NCBI GenBank assembly: GCA_010093705.1
Contig: MU006090.1
Span: forward strand, 744,001 to 808,000
DNA: 64,000 nucleotides
DNA from: Patellaria atrata CBS 101060
Taxonomy: Eukaryota
Direction: 5' to 3'
Within the stretch, counting starts at the first letter, position 1, and every line of letters starts with the position of its first letter. Both the position numbers and the translations under genes were made by a program. The notes beneath the pieces were generated by a model, which ran no database searches, was not told the DNA's origin, and saw nothing but the letters and a program-made list of their open reading frames with translations. Shown one piece after another: positions 49,860 to 62,562 of this stretch.

Positions 49860-52778
49860 ATGGGTCCTCCACAGGACACCCTATTCCGCTCTGCGGACAT
49901 GTCCTTGACCCAGCTCTATATCTCGAATGAAATAGGCCGCGAGGTTGTCAGCGCCCTAGGCGAACTGGGTGTTATGGATTTCAGAGATGTTAGTATTTCT
50001 ATATCATAGAGTGATTGTATTGTTAGGTGTGTATGCTTGATTACTAACACCTACTTCTTACCGTAGTTGAACTCTCAAGTCACAGCCTTCCAACGGACCT
50101 TCACACAAGAGATCAGACGACTGGATAATGTAGAGAGACAACTTCGTAAGAGTCTTGCCTAGAATAGTGCAAGGTATACGACTCTTATCTTGTAATAGGG
50201 TACTTCCATGCTCAGATGGAGAAAGCCGGTATACCTATGAGATCCATTTACGAATTCTCGAACATGATGGCAGCTCCTACCGCATCTGAGATTGATGAGC
50301 TTGCGGATAGGAGTCAAAGCTTGGAGAATAGGATTTCATCCCTCAATGAAAGCTATGAAACTTTGAAAAAGAGGGAAGTTGAGCTCACCGAGTGGCGTCA
50401 TGTCCTGAGGGAAGCCGGGAGCTTCTTTGATAGGGTAGGTAGTTGTTGGTAGGGTTCTAACGCGATCGAATAGCTAACTAAATTCTCACAGGCACGAGGC
50501 CAGACCGAAGAAATTCGTAACTCATTAGACGATGATGACGCTCCCCTCCTTCGCGATGTCGAACAGCATAACGGAGATGCGCAAGGCGGTGACAGATCTT
50601 TTTCAGTCATGAATATTGGATTCGTTGCAGGTGTTATTCCTCGTGAGCGCATTGCTGCGTTCGAGCGTATACTTTGGAGAACGCTTCGTGGCAATTTGTA
50701 CATGAATCAGAAAGAGGTCCCAGAGCCCATCATCAATCCCGAGACCAATGAAGGTGTCAGCAAGAATGTCTTCATTATTTTCGCACACGGGAAGGAAATC
50801 ATTGCCAAGATTCGAAAGATATCCGAATCCCTTGGTGCGGAGCTATACAGTGTAGATGAGAACAGCGAACTTCGTCGTGATCAGATCCACGAAGTTAACA
50901 GCCGTTTGAACGATTTAACCAACGTCTTATCCAATACTAAACGGACATTGGACGCCGAATTGACAGCTATTGGGCGTAGCCTGGCCGCATGGATGGTAGT
51001 AATCAAGAAAGAGAAGGCGGTTTACCAAACCCTCAACAAGTTTTCATACGACCAAGCTAGGAAGACATTAATTGCTGAAGCTTGGTGTCCCACGAACTCC
51101 TTAGGTTTGATCAAGTCGACTCTTCAGGACGTAAACGATCGCGCAGGATTATCCGTTCCCACTATTGTAAATCAAATCAAAACGTCGAAAACGCCTCCTA
51201 CATATGTCAAGACAAACAAGTTTACATTGGGCTTCCAGACTATCATAGACGCCTACGGAACGGCTAAATATACCGAAGTCAATCCTGGTTTACCGACAAT
51301 TGTTACCTTTCCCTTTCTTTTCGCGGTCATGTTCGGTGATTTCGGTCATGGTATCATCATGACTCTTGCTGCTTGTGCCATGATATACTGGGAGAAACCA
51401 CTCTCAAGAGGCAAACTAGACGAACTATTTTCTATGGCCTTTTTCGGTAGATATATTATGCTGATGATGGGTATATTCTCGATGTACACCGGACTTATCT
51501 ACTGTGATATGTTCTCGAAGGAAGTCCCGCTTTTCAAGTCGATGTGGGAGTGGCCTGATGAGATTAATCCTAATAAGACAATGGTCGCACATCGGGTTGA
51601 CGGCTACGTGTACCCGTTCGGTATAGATTGGAGATGGCACGACACAGGAAATGATCTGCTGTTTTCGAACAGTTACAAAATGAAGCTTAGTATCGTTATG
51701 GGCTGGGCTCACGTAAGTATTCCTATATCCATACTTTTGACAAAGATTACTAATCCTAATCAGATGACTTTCTCTCTCTGCTGGTCTTTGGTTAATGCTC
51801 GCCACTTCAAGTCACCCATTGATATTTGGGGCAACTTCGTCCCGGGAATGATTTTCTTTCAATCCATCTTCGGCTACCTTGTTTTCGCCATCGTCTATAA
51901 ATGGTCCGTGGACTGGCCAGCTCGAGGACAAGACCCGCCAGGTCTTCTCAACATGTTGATCTACATGTTCTTGCAACCCGGTCACGTTGAGGAAAAACTC
52001 TACTCAGGTCAAGCTGGCCTGCAAATTGTGCTACTGCTACTCGCTGTCTCTTGTGTGCCTATTCTCTTGTTCTTGAAACCTTTCTACCTCCGCCATGAGC
52101 ATAATAAGGCGCGAGCCCTGGGCTATCGGGGTATTGGTGAGAGTACAAGGGTTAGCGCCCTCGATGACGAAGATGAAGAGGGCAACACCCTGAACGGTGG
52201 ACGCGATAGCTTTGCTGATGAGGAGGACGGCGTTGCACTCATCACTCAAGATATCGGAGAGGGTGATGAAGAACACGAAGAATTCGAATTCTCTGAGGTC
52301 ATGATCCACCAGGTCATCCACACTATTGGTAAGTACCTTGTGCAAAATATTAAGGCTGCTATCAAACTTGGACTAACTTCTGGCATAGAATTCTGCTTGA
52401 ACTGTGTCTCACATACTGCATCCTATCTACGTCTTTGGGCGCTTTCACTTGCGCATCAACAACTATCCATCGTGCTTTGGGATATGACTCTCAATATCGC
52501 TTTCGGAATGTCCGGAGCACTAGGCGTTTTTGCAATGGTTTGCCTTTTCTACCTCTGGTTCTTACTCACAGTTTTCGTCCTATGCGTAATGGAGGGAACC
52601 AGTGCTATGTTGCACAGTCTGCGACTTCACTGGGTCGAGGCTATGAGCAAACATTTCATGGGTGATGGGGTAAGTTGCTTGTTTATCGTTTCATTGTGAA
52701 TAGTTACTGACGTGAGTTCAGGTTGCTTTCCAGCCGTTTAGCTTTAAAATATTACTAGAAGAAGAACCGGTAGAGTAA
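49860..52778 (+). CDS. VPH1: V-type proton ATPase V0 subunit a; exons 49860-49988, 50067-50145, 50199-50434, 50492-51712, 51764-52328, 52389-52669, 52722-52778
   Basis: Motifs FRSADMSL, FERILWRTLRGN, FPFLFAVMFGDFGHG, NSYKMK, SHTASYLRLWALSLAH (essential Arg) and LRLHWVE; six canonical introns. Confidence 0.97.
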
Positions 52779-52982
52779 TGTGGAAGATGTATATTGTCGT
52801 GTATGAGCACTTTTTATTAGCTAGACTGTATGAAATGTACAAGCTAGTGATCTTCTATAGACATATTGTGCTCTAATACTCGATTTGCAGCTTCGTGCAC
52901 TAATCATAGGTATCCGTGTGGCGGATGTGTAGTACAATCACAGCCGCGGTATCCCTAACTTCAATCTACAACTTTAGCGTCG

Positions 52983-53296
52983 TTCCCTACAGCTCCGTCA
53001 TTCCCTACAGTTCACTCATTCCCTACAGTTCACTCATTCCCTACAGTTCACTCATTCCCTACAGTTCACTCATTCCCTACAGTTCACTCATTCCCTACAG
53101 TNNNNNNNNNNNNNNNNNNNNNNNNNNNNNNNNNNNNNNNNNNNNNNNNNNNNNNNNNNNNNNNNNNNNNNNNNNNNNNNNNNNNNNNNNNNNNNNNNNN
53201 NACAGTTCACTCATTCCCTACAGTTCACTCATTCCCTACAGTTCACTCATTCCCTACAGTTCACTCATTCCCTACAGTTCACTCATTCCCTACAGT
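52983..53296. repeat. 18-bp minisatellite (TTCCCTACAGTTCACTCA)n spanning an assembly gap
   Basis: About 11 visible near-perfect copies in total, on both sides of 100 Ns. Confidence 0.95.
53102..53201. other. Assembly gap (100 N, probably unknown size)
   Basis: Run of exactly 100 N. Confidence 0.99.
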
Positions 53297-55311
53297 CCAA
53301 CCAATCCGTACCATTCAGTATTCCCAACCCGAGATCCAACCAAACTACTAAATACCCCGCTCATTCTTTTCCTTTATCCAACCTCGACCCGAATTCCAAG
53401 TCAACCATTTTGCTCCCAATTTCCTCCGCACCAAAAGTAACGAAGCCAATTGCGACGAAGTACGACCCACCTACGAAACAAGAGTCAACTTCCCGCAACG
53501 ACACAATAGCTTCCAGCGGGCTTGTGTTTGTATGCGTTACGGATGGTTCCATAGGGGGTTCGTGCCTCTATCCAGCTTCCAGCGTTCCTACCGCTTTATG
53601 CCTCGACGCTGTACGAGTGTTAGTGAACAGAGTTTGGATGTAGTATGTTGCAGCATGTGTGTATGGTCACTCCAGACGAGGAAGGTAGGTTGATCCTACA
53701 ATCTCCTAGTCTTGAACGCTACTGCTACGGGAATTGGTGGTGTTTTTGAGCCGCACGTGTCGTACTGAGGAACAAAGAGATCGGGCGCGATTATTGAGGT
53801 CCTACTGAGGATATTGGGGGTTTGGGTGTTTGGGTATAAGGCGCAGTGCGGTCGTGGCGTTATGATCATCAGTTGATCTGGTGGGTTACGCGCTTTGGGT
53901 GGGTGAGGGGGTATATCGATAATCCTTAGTTCTACATGGAGGTTTCCACTGCCAATCTCTTTGCTGATTGTGAGCATTTCCATGGATCTTGTGGCTTCCT
54001 CCAAGTATGAAAGTATCTATTGTATCCTTGTAACGCGCGGGATATCTTGATTGTTCACAATCGAGAGTAATGTCGCCGTGCTGCTTCAGACCTCCTTGGA
54101 TAACATCGTGGGATCGTGGTCATACCGGTGAAGCTAACGATTGGGTTGAGAGATGAGAGGTGTCGAAGGGAAGGAAACCATACTTGGGATATCAGCACGA
54201 CGTGATAATCTGTACTAATATATAAAGCTATAATCCGATAGACTGAGTTTTTGGAGCAGAATAAGGCTACAGGGTCATTTCAAGAATCTGAACGAAGGAA
54301 GTGGTGCGTATAGATAGTGTCTGTTGGCATTGAGCTTTGGATTGAATGAATACTCATAGATCAGATAGAAACATCCCAACCACGACCTTCAAGTCTAAAG
54401 TGGTGACACATTAGGTTATATGAGTACTTGGTAAGGCGTTCGAAAGCTTGATAGGTGACGGGATGGTGAACCAGTCTGCGTATCTTTGTGTAGAAGACCT
54501 AAGCTTTTATGGGGGTGGCGAGATAGATATATGAAGTAGATCGATATGATTTTAACTGAATGAGTTGATAATCCTACTTTAGTATCAGATAAAGAGAACT
54601 TCAGATTGGGACACTGATTTCCTAAGACTTAAGGTAGAGAAAAAAAAAATTCACTATCAAGGACTATATTGAAGATTCTGACTGAGTGTACAATTTTAAC
54701 TTTGCTACACAAATTGCGCCCTAGAAAATCTTACCACAGATAATCTTAAGCGCGCCTCAGGCCTCGACGTGGTTCTTGGGATGATACTCTAAACTGTTGA
54801 ATACTCGACCTCTTGTATCAGAGTCATCCTGAAGCAATACGAAGCAAGAACTGACCTCGCCACTAAAGATATTTACAGCATAATGTTTGCTCGACGAACG
54901 ACGAAGATACTTCCACGCCGACGGAGTAAAGAAGCCTTCGGTCAATCATTGATCGTGTATTATCGATGAGTCTAGTAGCTAGGACTCAAAGTTCCTGGAA
55001 ACAGGAAGCCTAGACTCGGAAAAAGCATCTGAAAAGAAAGTTCAGTTATCTGTTGAGAGCGTCAATCAGTTGCGATACGTCACGGTTCCACTCTCCTAAT
55101 ATGGTCAGTGTTGCACCAACAAGAGGATGCTTCGAAGTGATACTGCGGACAAAGCATACTAAATCCCGAAATCCAACAAGTAGATAACTGTAGAGAGACG
55201 TTGAACACTAAGTGTGGTTCGCCGAATTCGTGAGCTGCTCGCCGGTCGAAAACATCTATCTGCATAAGTCTGCGTGTGGAGTGTTACACATGGGGGCTCG
55301 CATAGCTGCAG

Positions 55312-55334
55312 ACGAAACGAAACGAAACGAAACG
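55312..55334 (+). repeat. (CGAAA)n pentanucleotide microsatellite, ~4 copies
   Basis: CGAAACGAAACGAAACGAAACGA directly visible. Confidence 0.8.
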
Positions 55335-56128
55335 ATGGAAAATAACTCTCATGGACGGTCTGGAGATGTTGGAGTAACCTTTGTCTAAGGCGACAAGCGT
55401 CTATGGCCACAGAGAAGACAGCGCCTTGCATGAAATCCATCAGCAGATTCGCGAACTGGCACTGAAGAAATAGAAAATAGTTCTAAGTGCACCTGATGGA
55501 ATATTCCTATCTGTACAGCCCTACGGGATTCGGACTGCTAATTTTGACGAAGGATGACGCGCCACTATTTGCGTAAGTGAAGCCACGAAGCCATGTTATT
55601 TCGAAGATCATTAGTCCTAGAGGAATCTGGTTCAAGATCAGTAAGTCCTATGGAGCATTACGTCTATCCGAATCTGAAGTTGAAATCCTCAGAGACTGCA
55701 AGTGTCGCGGATTTTAGGGCTGCATTCCATATACTAGTCTGCGAAGGGCCTTTAGTAAAGACATCCAGGTTGTATTAATTGGAGTATTCTCTTGTAAGAG
55801 GGTGTGATGTTGAGAGAAACAACCACTAGTTCTGTAGATAGTGGCGGAAACATCTCTCTCACATGAAACAGAAGATGAGAACTGGGGATCAGTGTGTGGT
55901 TATCTCGTCTCAAAGGTTCTTCGGCCGCACGTCGGGTCGCTCTCAAGTCAATCGACGGGAGGTGGTGACCTTGTCACAGTTGGGTTACACTGAAATCATA
56001 ATTAAAGATGCGTTTAAGATGTAGAACTTCTTCAAAATCAGGAACTATCTCCACCACCCAAGAACAATGTTTTGGTACGCTTTACCAAAACAAACACAAA
56101 GCAAATTACTTTGCTAACATATGGATGC

Positions 56129-56640
56129 GAACTGGAATCTCCAGCTCGCGAGTTTGTGAAACGGATCAGCGCCCATCTCTGGACTCTTGGATCCCACATG
56201 ATGTGCGTCAAGGTCAATGTCTAAGAGATCCCGTCCCTCCGTACCCTATGTTCTTGGCAAGATGGGGATAGCATATTCTATCTCCTCTCTCGAGACTACA
56301 CCCTTCTCACAAGCTCTGGGGAAGGCGATCCAGTGGTTGACAGAATACAAGAATGCGGCACAGGCGGATCTCTCTGGGGGATCGGAAGCGAAGCCATCTG
56401 CAAAGTGAAGGGTTTGGCGTGAAGACCGGCAACTCGAAGCTGATTCTATCGCCTTCATTAGCGACAATTGCTCCTCTGTACCATTGCCCGAAGCTATCTA
56501 CTCCTGGATCGACCAACCCGTCAACCGCAATTACCTTATATCCCAAGTTCTACCAGATACTTGAATCAAGCATAGGACATTGCCACAAAGAAGATAGCAG
56601 AGGAGTATGTATAAGCCATGGTTCCACAGCCTTATCTGTC
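56129..56640 (+). pseudogene. Pseudogene fragment of a fungal aminoglycoside-phosphotransferase / choline-kinase-like protein (N-lobe only)
   Basis: Joined frames read KRISAHLWTLGSHMMCVKVNV*...WQDGDSIFYL...ECGTGGSLWGIGSEAICKVK / VWREDRQLEADSIAFISDNCSSVPLPEAIYSWIDQPVNRNYLI / LNQA*. Stop at 56222-56224 and frameshift at ~56411. Confidence 0.7.
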
Positions 56641-59600
56641 TGTCAATCAGTTTGCTACGTCAGTATTTTTAAAGTAATGAGGATATAAAATATCCTGTGA
56701 TCGACTGAAAGTGGGGGTGAGCTATCTGGTACATTACTATTGCAGAGTAACCAGCTACCTGAGAAACGACGTTGGTTTGCCCTGAAGAACAATCGAATTT
56801 ATTCAGGTTAAATCTGTTAAATCTTCAGAGGAAAGGATGGTGAATCCTTAATATCTCATTTTCATTTCTTATAGTATACTTATGTTATTTACTAGAATAG
56901 TGTAGAACTAGAATAATTACGAGTAAACCAACTACCCCTCGGTTTAGCCTACGTAATGCTGCCGGGAGACAATACGGAACGAACGAGACAACAGTAGTAC
57001 CTACTGTAGCAATGAAAGTACTTGTACCTTTGGAACTTTTTAGCCTGTGTTGCTTCCACTAGTCTGGCATCGGGACAAGTCGGATGTGGTTCCTTTGAGT
57101 AAGTTAATGCCACCATAAGGCTGGTGCCTGATTCATGCCTTAGCTTACTTGTGTAGACCGGAGCATTAATATTCCCTTGTGAGGTGATGGTGTTGAACGT
57201 TGCCAGAAATCATCACTGGCTCTACTATTTTGAGATAGTGTCGGAAGCATTCTCCATTCTTTCTCGATAGTAATTGAAACAGACTACTTGTACTCTGTAT
57301 AACCGAACATTACGTATCCAACAGTAGACATGGATGTTGGCGAATGATGTCTCTATTCGGCTATACGAGAGATCTACTTGTTGCGTTTCACGTCGTTGAA
57401 CAGAACGACACACAGCAAGTCTCAGTTGACGCTGAGGCGCTTCAGGATCGCCCGTGGTTCGCTGGCGTTTCCAGCCTTACAAGATACAGTTTAAGGATCA
57501 TGAATCCTTTCAACGGTGGATGCCGTGCGACAGTAAGACATACCCATTCGAAAGTCTTGATGACGATGTTAGCTGCTAAGGTAAGTTGATATACTTCCAC
57601 TGACATGCACATTCTAGACTCCTTTAAGGAGACTTTTAAAGATTATTAGCTGGCGTCATCTTGCTCTCTCCGATGATAGGGTCTTCGCGACAAGAGATTA
57701 ATGTATTCCAAATTGCTCCTCTCGCGAGCTCCGGTCTGCGGACTCGCTATTTTCCTTGTATAAAATTCCGGTCAACGAGCTACTAGGTTTGTTTATGACC
57801 CTTTTGGTCGACCATTTCGCAGGGACCCTTTCAACGCATCTGACAGGGAGATGACGAATGATTAGTGTTGTACTGTTATCAGAAGTGACATGTTCGATTG
57901 ATGATTTGGGCAGCTGAAAGGATAAAGATCCTTCCGTGCGGGTACTTGCGTGTTTTGACATTCGACATCTACGAGCCTGTGACCAGCTACGTTTGAGGTT
58001 TATTTCTTCAATAATGATTAACATGTAAGCGCAATGCATGTGATAAGATGAAATTTCAGCTGAGCTGGGGATCGACCAGTCGAGTTCAGATATGATGCAC
58101 TTCGTACAGTACGGTATATCAGAATCTCATCCACTCCCACGTTCTGCTTCTTGACGAGAATAGGAAGGTGAGTATATCTTTCCCAGAGTAATAAGCGAAT
58201 TTGTCGAGTCCGAGTAAATGTCCGTCATATAATGAATTTGCTCTCGTGTCACTAGTTCTGGGGGATTTGGGTGAGCTGGATGCGGGCTTACCGATAGTTA
58301 TATCCGACAATACGGTTTGGTGTGGTTCTTCATCTTTAAAAGCTGACGGGCTACAGAATTGTGTGCGACTTGAAACGCAAAGACCCATACCAATATTTTG
58401 AAAAAACCTCCGGCCACGCCGTGTAAGTGGAAACGATCTCGCAGCTTACCGCGCGTACACCCAGATACTGGGAATTCGTCAATAATGAAGTCTTTCGTAC
58501 TGATGTATCCAGGGTTTCTTCCACCCCACGAGCCGGCGAAAACTTGCAAAGGACAAATTATGTAAAGATACGCCTGCTGTAAGATATGAGGACGTTAGAG
58601 CCGACCTAGCAGAGGTGCTACACTCTTTCGCGACTGTACTCCGCAGAGTTGCAGATAATGCAATGTGTGAGACTGCCGTAGAGGATTCGCACTCCGCTTT
58701 TAAAGATTGTGCAGGGCTTTGAATCCTTCAGACTTCGACGACTCCACGAGCAGGTCGAAGAGCTTCTGATGACGCAGCTCTCTTATTAGTACGGGTAACC
58801 TCAGTGATAGCATACAGATGATGGTGAAGATTTTGCAACCCCTGAAACGTTGAATAATCGGATGAGGCTAAAGTGCATCCATAGGAAGATTCCAGTGATT
58901 GCGCACCTGTGAACATAACCGTTTTTCTACAGCATGCAATAATCCACGATGGTTAGCCTATCCCCAACCTGCTAATAAGGCACGCACGAGGGGATGAAAC
59001 CATGCTCTAAAAAGAGTGGTCATGGTATGGAGCAAGCGATGCGGGAACAACGTCACAGTAACTTCCACAATACTACGGCTGATAAGTTCTCAGAGGTCAT
59101 TTTGCAGTTTGCAAATCTGATTCGTCTCATCAATTCTCAGAAAGAAGAGAGCGAAAACCCAAAACTTTTCGTTTGAGTTGTTCACACGGCCAAAAAAGTC
59201 AAGACAAACACGTTGTAAAGGCGGGAAGCCGATGTGGGGATGAACAAGATGGTGGAGATTGCGTTTCCCCGTCCCCGTCAACCTTGATCCATACCCGTGA
59301 ACCGAGCGTTTTGGCTACAGTAAGGTATGAGTAAGGTCTCGGCCGTATTATGCATATTTTTTTTTTTTGCCATTATTAGGTACTCTGTTATTGTGAAATC
59401 TTGAATGTTGGTGTTGAAGTTATGTCAATAATGTTCATCCTATGAACAATCAACCAAACTGCTACAGTAGTTAATAGCGTAAGGTAGTTGTTGTCAAATC
59501 CAGAAACAGACATAATGGAATGCGCAAACGACAGCTATTTCTGATCTACGCTCTTCAATAATGCTTTAATTATTAGCCATAACTTTTCCATCAGCCATCA

Positions 59601-62562
59601 ATACAAGCATCGGATGTTCGATCTCTATATGTAGAAGGGCGCTTATTATTTGCATTTCGCACGTGGCTTAACATCTCTTCTGCGCTTTTGTGGGGAATAA
59701 AGTTCTTGTTGTTTTTGTGTTTCTGCCGATCGCAACAAGTGAGTTACAGAGAATAAATATAGAGAGCCGCTAATTAAGACCACCCTTAGCGCGTTGTGCC
59801 CTTTGGTGTACTAGACGGGCGGAGTCACCTCTACCGAAGCTTACGCCAAGGCACACTCTAAAATGATACCTGCTGGTACTTTGAGGACCGAGGGCATCGG
59901 TGTGTGTTTGTTGTTGGTATTGCGAAAAAAAAAAAAAATCAGGCATGAAACGTTCGACACTTCGAAATATGCTCAATTTCATTATGGCCAATCGAAGAAT
60001 GAGATGCGAAAACTTCTAGGGAAAAGGAAGAGCAAGGGAGTGAGAACGCTATCGAGCCAACAATGTAGATCTGCATCAGCAACGACAACATTGAGTATCA
60101 GGATTCCGCTACGATAGGCTCCGTTTTAAAGATATGTGCTTCGTTGATTGCACATTCATGTCGAGATTTCAGTATCAAGGTCGTTCAGTTGTTATCATTC
60201 GTCGTTGAGGACTTCAAACCCGTCGGAGACTTCCACCAACACGCCAATCGTGTCATCAAGTAATAATTGGGCGCACTATCCAGAGGTTCCGGAGCAGACT
60301 AATAATATAAGTTAGCTGTAAGTTCAACAAGACACGCCGCGTAAAGTAGTCCGGCAATCAGTAAAATGGTCTTGAAATCATGGGCTCGGGATACTCTTGT
60401 ACTTCAGGAATACAAGCCCGTGGTGCTTCCGATGGGATGCCGTAGATGCCTCAGGTCATTCATGGTTCTGAAGTCACCCTGCAGTATTCCAATATGAAAA
60501 GGATTTAGCGGCAACCGAGGGAGAGGTTTCACCGGAAAGCATCCACTTCTCCTCCCCTGTGCTCGCTGATAATTGGCGAGACCTATGAATTTCAGACACG
60601 CAAGACACTCTCCTCACGTCGATTATTAGTCTCATTCCTTAAAACAATCCAGTATGAGCGAAAAACTCGGTTGAAAGATAGTCCTACTACTCAGACGACA
60701 AGAATAACACAGCTTGTGGACCGAAGTACCGCATTTGTACAGTACCGGATCGTGCATCATGTCACCGACTTGGATCGCCATCGTCCAGCGTGCGTTACGT
60801 TACCTGTCTAGCGATTCAGAGGGGAAGTCTAGTCTAGTGTAGCACGGGCACAATAACGCTCTGAGCCGGAAGTGTCATGAGTGTTTAGGGCTGACCTAAG
60901 GGATGATTGGCCGTCTTGATTACTTCTTCACCTTCGTCGTTCTGGGATGGTATTACGAGAGACGGACAAGCATCGATGATTCTCATTGTGGATAAAGTAA
61001 TTGCTTACATACATTTTCGAAGTAGCCGTTCAGAGGCTCTAAAGGGACCTTGGGAGTTCACCCCTCGACTTTTTTGTCGCAGAAGGCTGAGCGGCTTTGC
61101 GGGAAGGAGGAAAACAAACCGCAGTGCGGGTCGAGCTCCCCCAGGGTTGCGATAGGGTTGGAGGGTGATGGTCAAGGGGTATGAAGACCAAAATAGTGCA
61201 CGTCCTGGGGTAGTACTGCACCGTGGATGGTCGAAAGTCAAAGCCTCGTCCAAATGAGAGTTAGCGAGAAGCCTCTTCATGCAAACCCGAACCGCAGCGA
61301 TGACTTTTCTCCTTGGAGTCCTGGATGCTTGCGCTTGACATTTTTGGTTTTTTGTTATTTCAAGCATCATCTCTTCGATGCACATCCTTGGCTTGCAGTT
61401 CGTGCAGACTTGCAGTCACGTCGGAGGGTTTAGGTTGGAGCTTTTCGAGAGCCTGGTCAACCGGTATCTCTCAGACTCTCACATTACTCCTCCATCTTCC
61501 AAGTTCCCCATATCCATTTTTGGCATATTCTTTTTCTGCTGTGCTTCCTACCTTTACCTGTTGTAGTTCTACCTTTTGCTACAACCTGCTCTTGAGTCTT
61601 GACTTGACTTGCGCTTGTCTGGCCCTCATTGTTGTTCTTGTCCTCTAACGTCCAATTTTCGCTACTGCATCTTACTACCACTTGCATGCCCTTCACTAAG
61701 TTCACCTCGTGCTCTGATCCCCTTCTCCGCGCCTCCTGTAACCGTTTGGAACGTTGGCTTGCAGTTTCCAACGCCATGCCCGTATCGACGGCATCTTTTA
61801 ACTGATCTCTCAAGCGTGAAAGCGTCCTGTTCGATCAAAAGAGCCGCTGCACTATCTCCCTGTATTTCCCCTGTACCTACCTTGTATATCCCATTATCCC
61901 TATCCCTCAACCCTACCGCACAGCCATTGGCGGTACCTTACCTTACCTGGTTTCTTGCTGCAAGTGAAAGGTGGGAGGGTCCCCCGGTCTCCATATCCCG
62001 AAGTAGTTCTCTCCCCTGGTATCCCAAAGATCTATATTTCCACGCGGGTACGCGCTACGCAACAGCACAGCCGAGTTTGTAATATTCTTTTCCCACCTCA
62101 ACTACTATTTTCCAAGTATATCGTCATGCCAATTATCCTTACTCGTTGGCGCAGCGATTACCGAAATATCTAAAGCCCAGAAATAATGAAACGACCATAA
62201 TATCTATTCTCTCTAATACCATCTCAGCTCGGCTGCACTGGAGGGAACTAAATAGGCTTCCAATCCTTCCGTCTCGGTTTGCTTTCTGAATATTCGCCCC
62301 TATCCCGTTCCCATCCGGCTCTTCTTCCATAGGATATCCTAACATCTTCTTGGACTGTGCTGCCCGATTCAGCCTTTGTCCCCGGCTTTTCTTGCTTAGG
62401 ACCTGCAGTCGTGCTGCCGCAGCTTCTATCTGCATATCAAACCGTCGCTTCAAAAATAAAGATCCCACCTTGTCAAACCTGGGGTTAACTTCTCCGATAG
62501 CACCTAGAATCTCATCTGAAAGTTTCATATATCTATCCGCCATCTCCTTCTTCGCCGCCAGA

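Noticed and set aside
52983..53296. Repeat array considered as CRISPR
   Set aside because: Head-to-tail repeats without spacers, no cas genes, eukaryotic context.
52916..53440. 174-aa ORF with SSLIPY repeats
   Set aside because: Translation of the 18-bp minisatellite across an N gap; GTG start and no coding evidence.
62350..62562. TTG-initiated in-frame extension of the C2H2 factor
   Set aside because: The ATG at 62563 is in good context and nothing supports near-cognate initiation.
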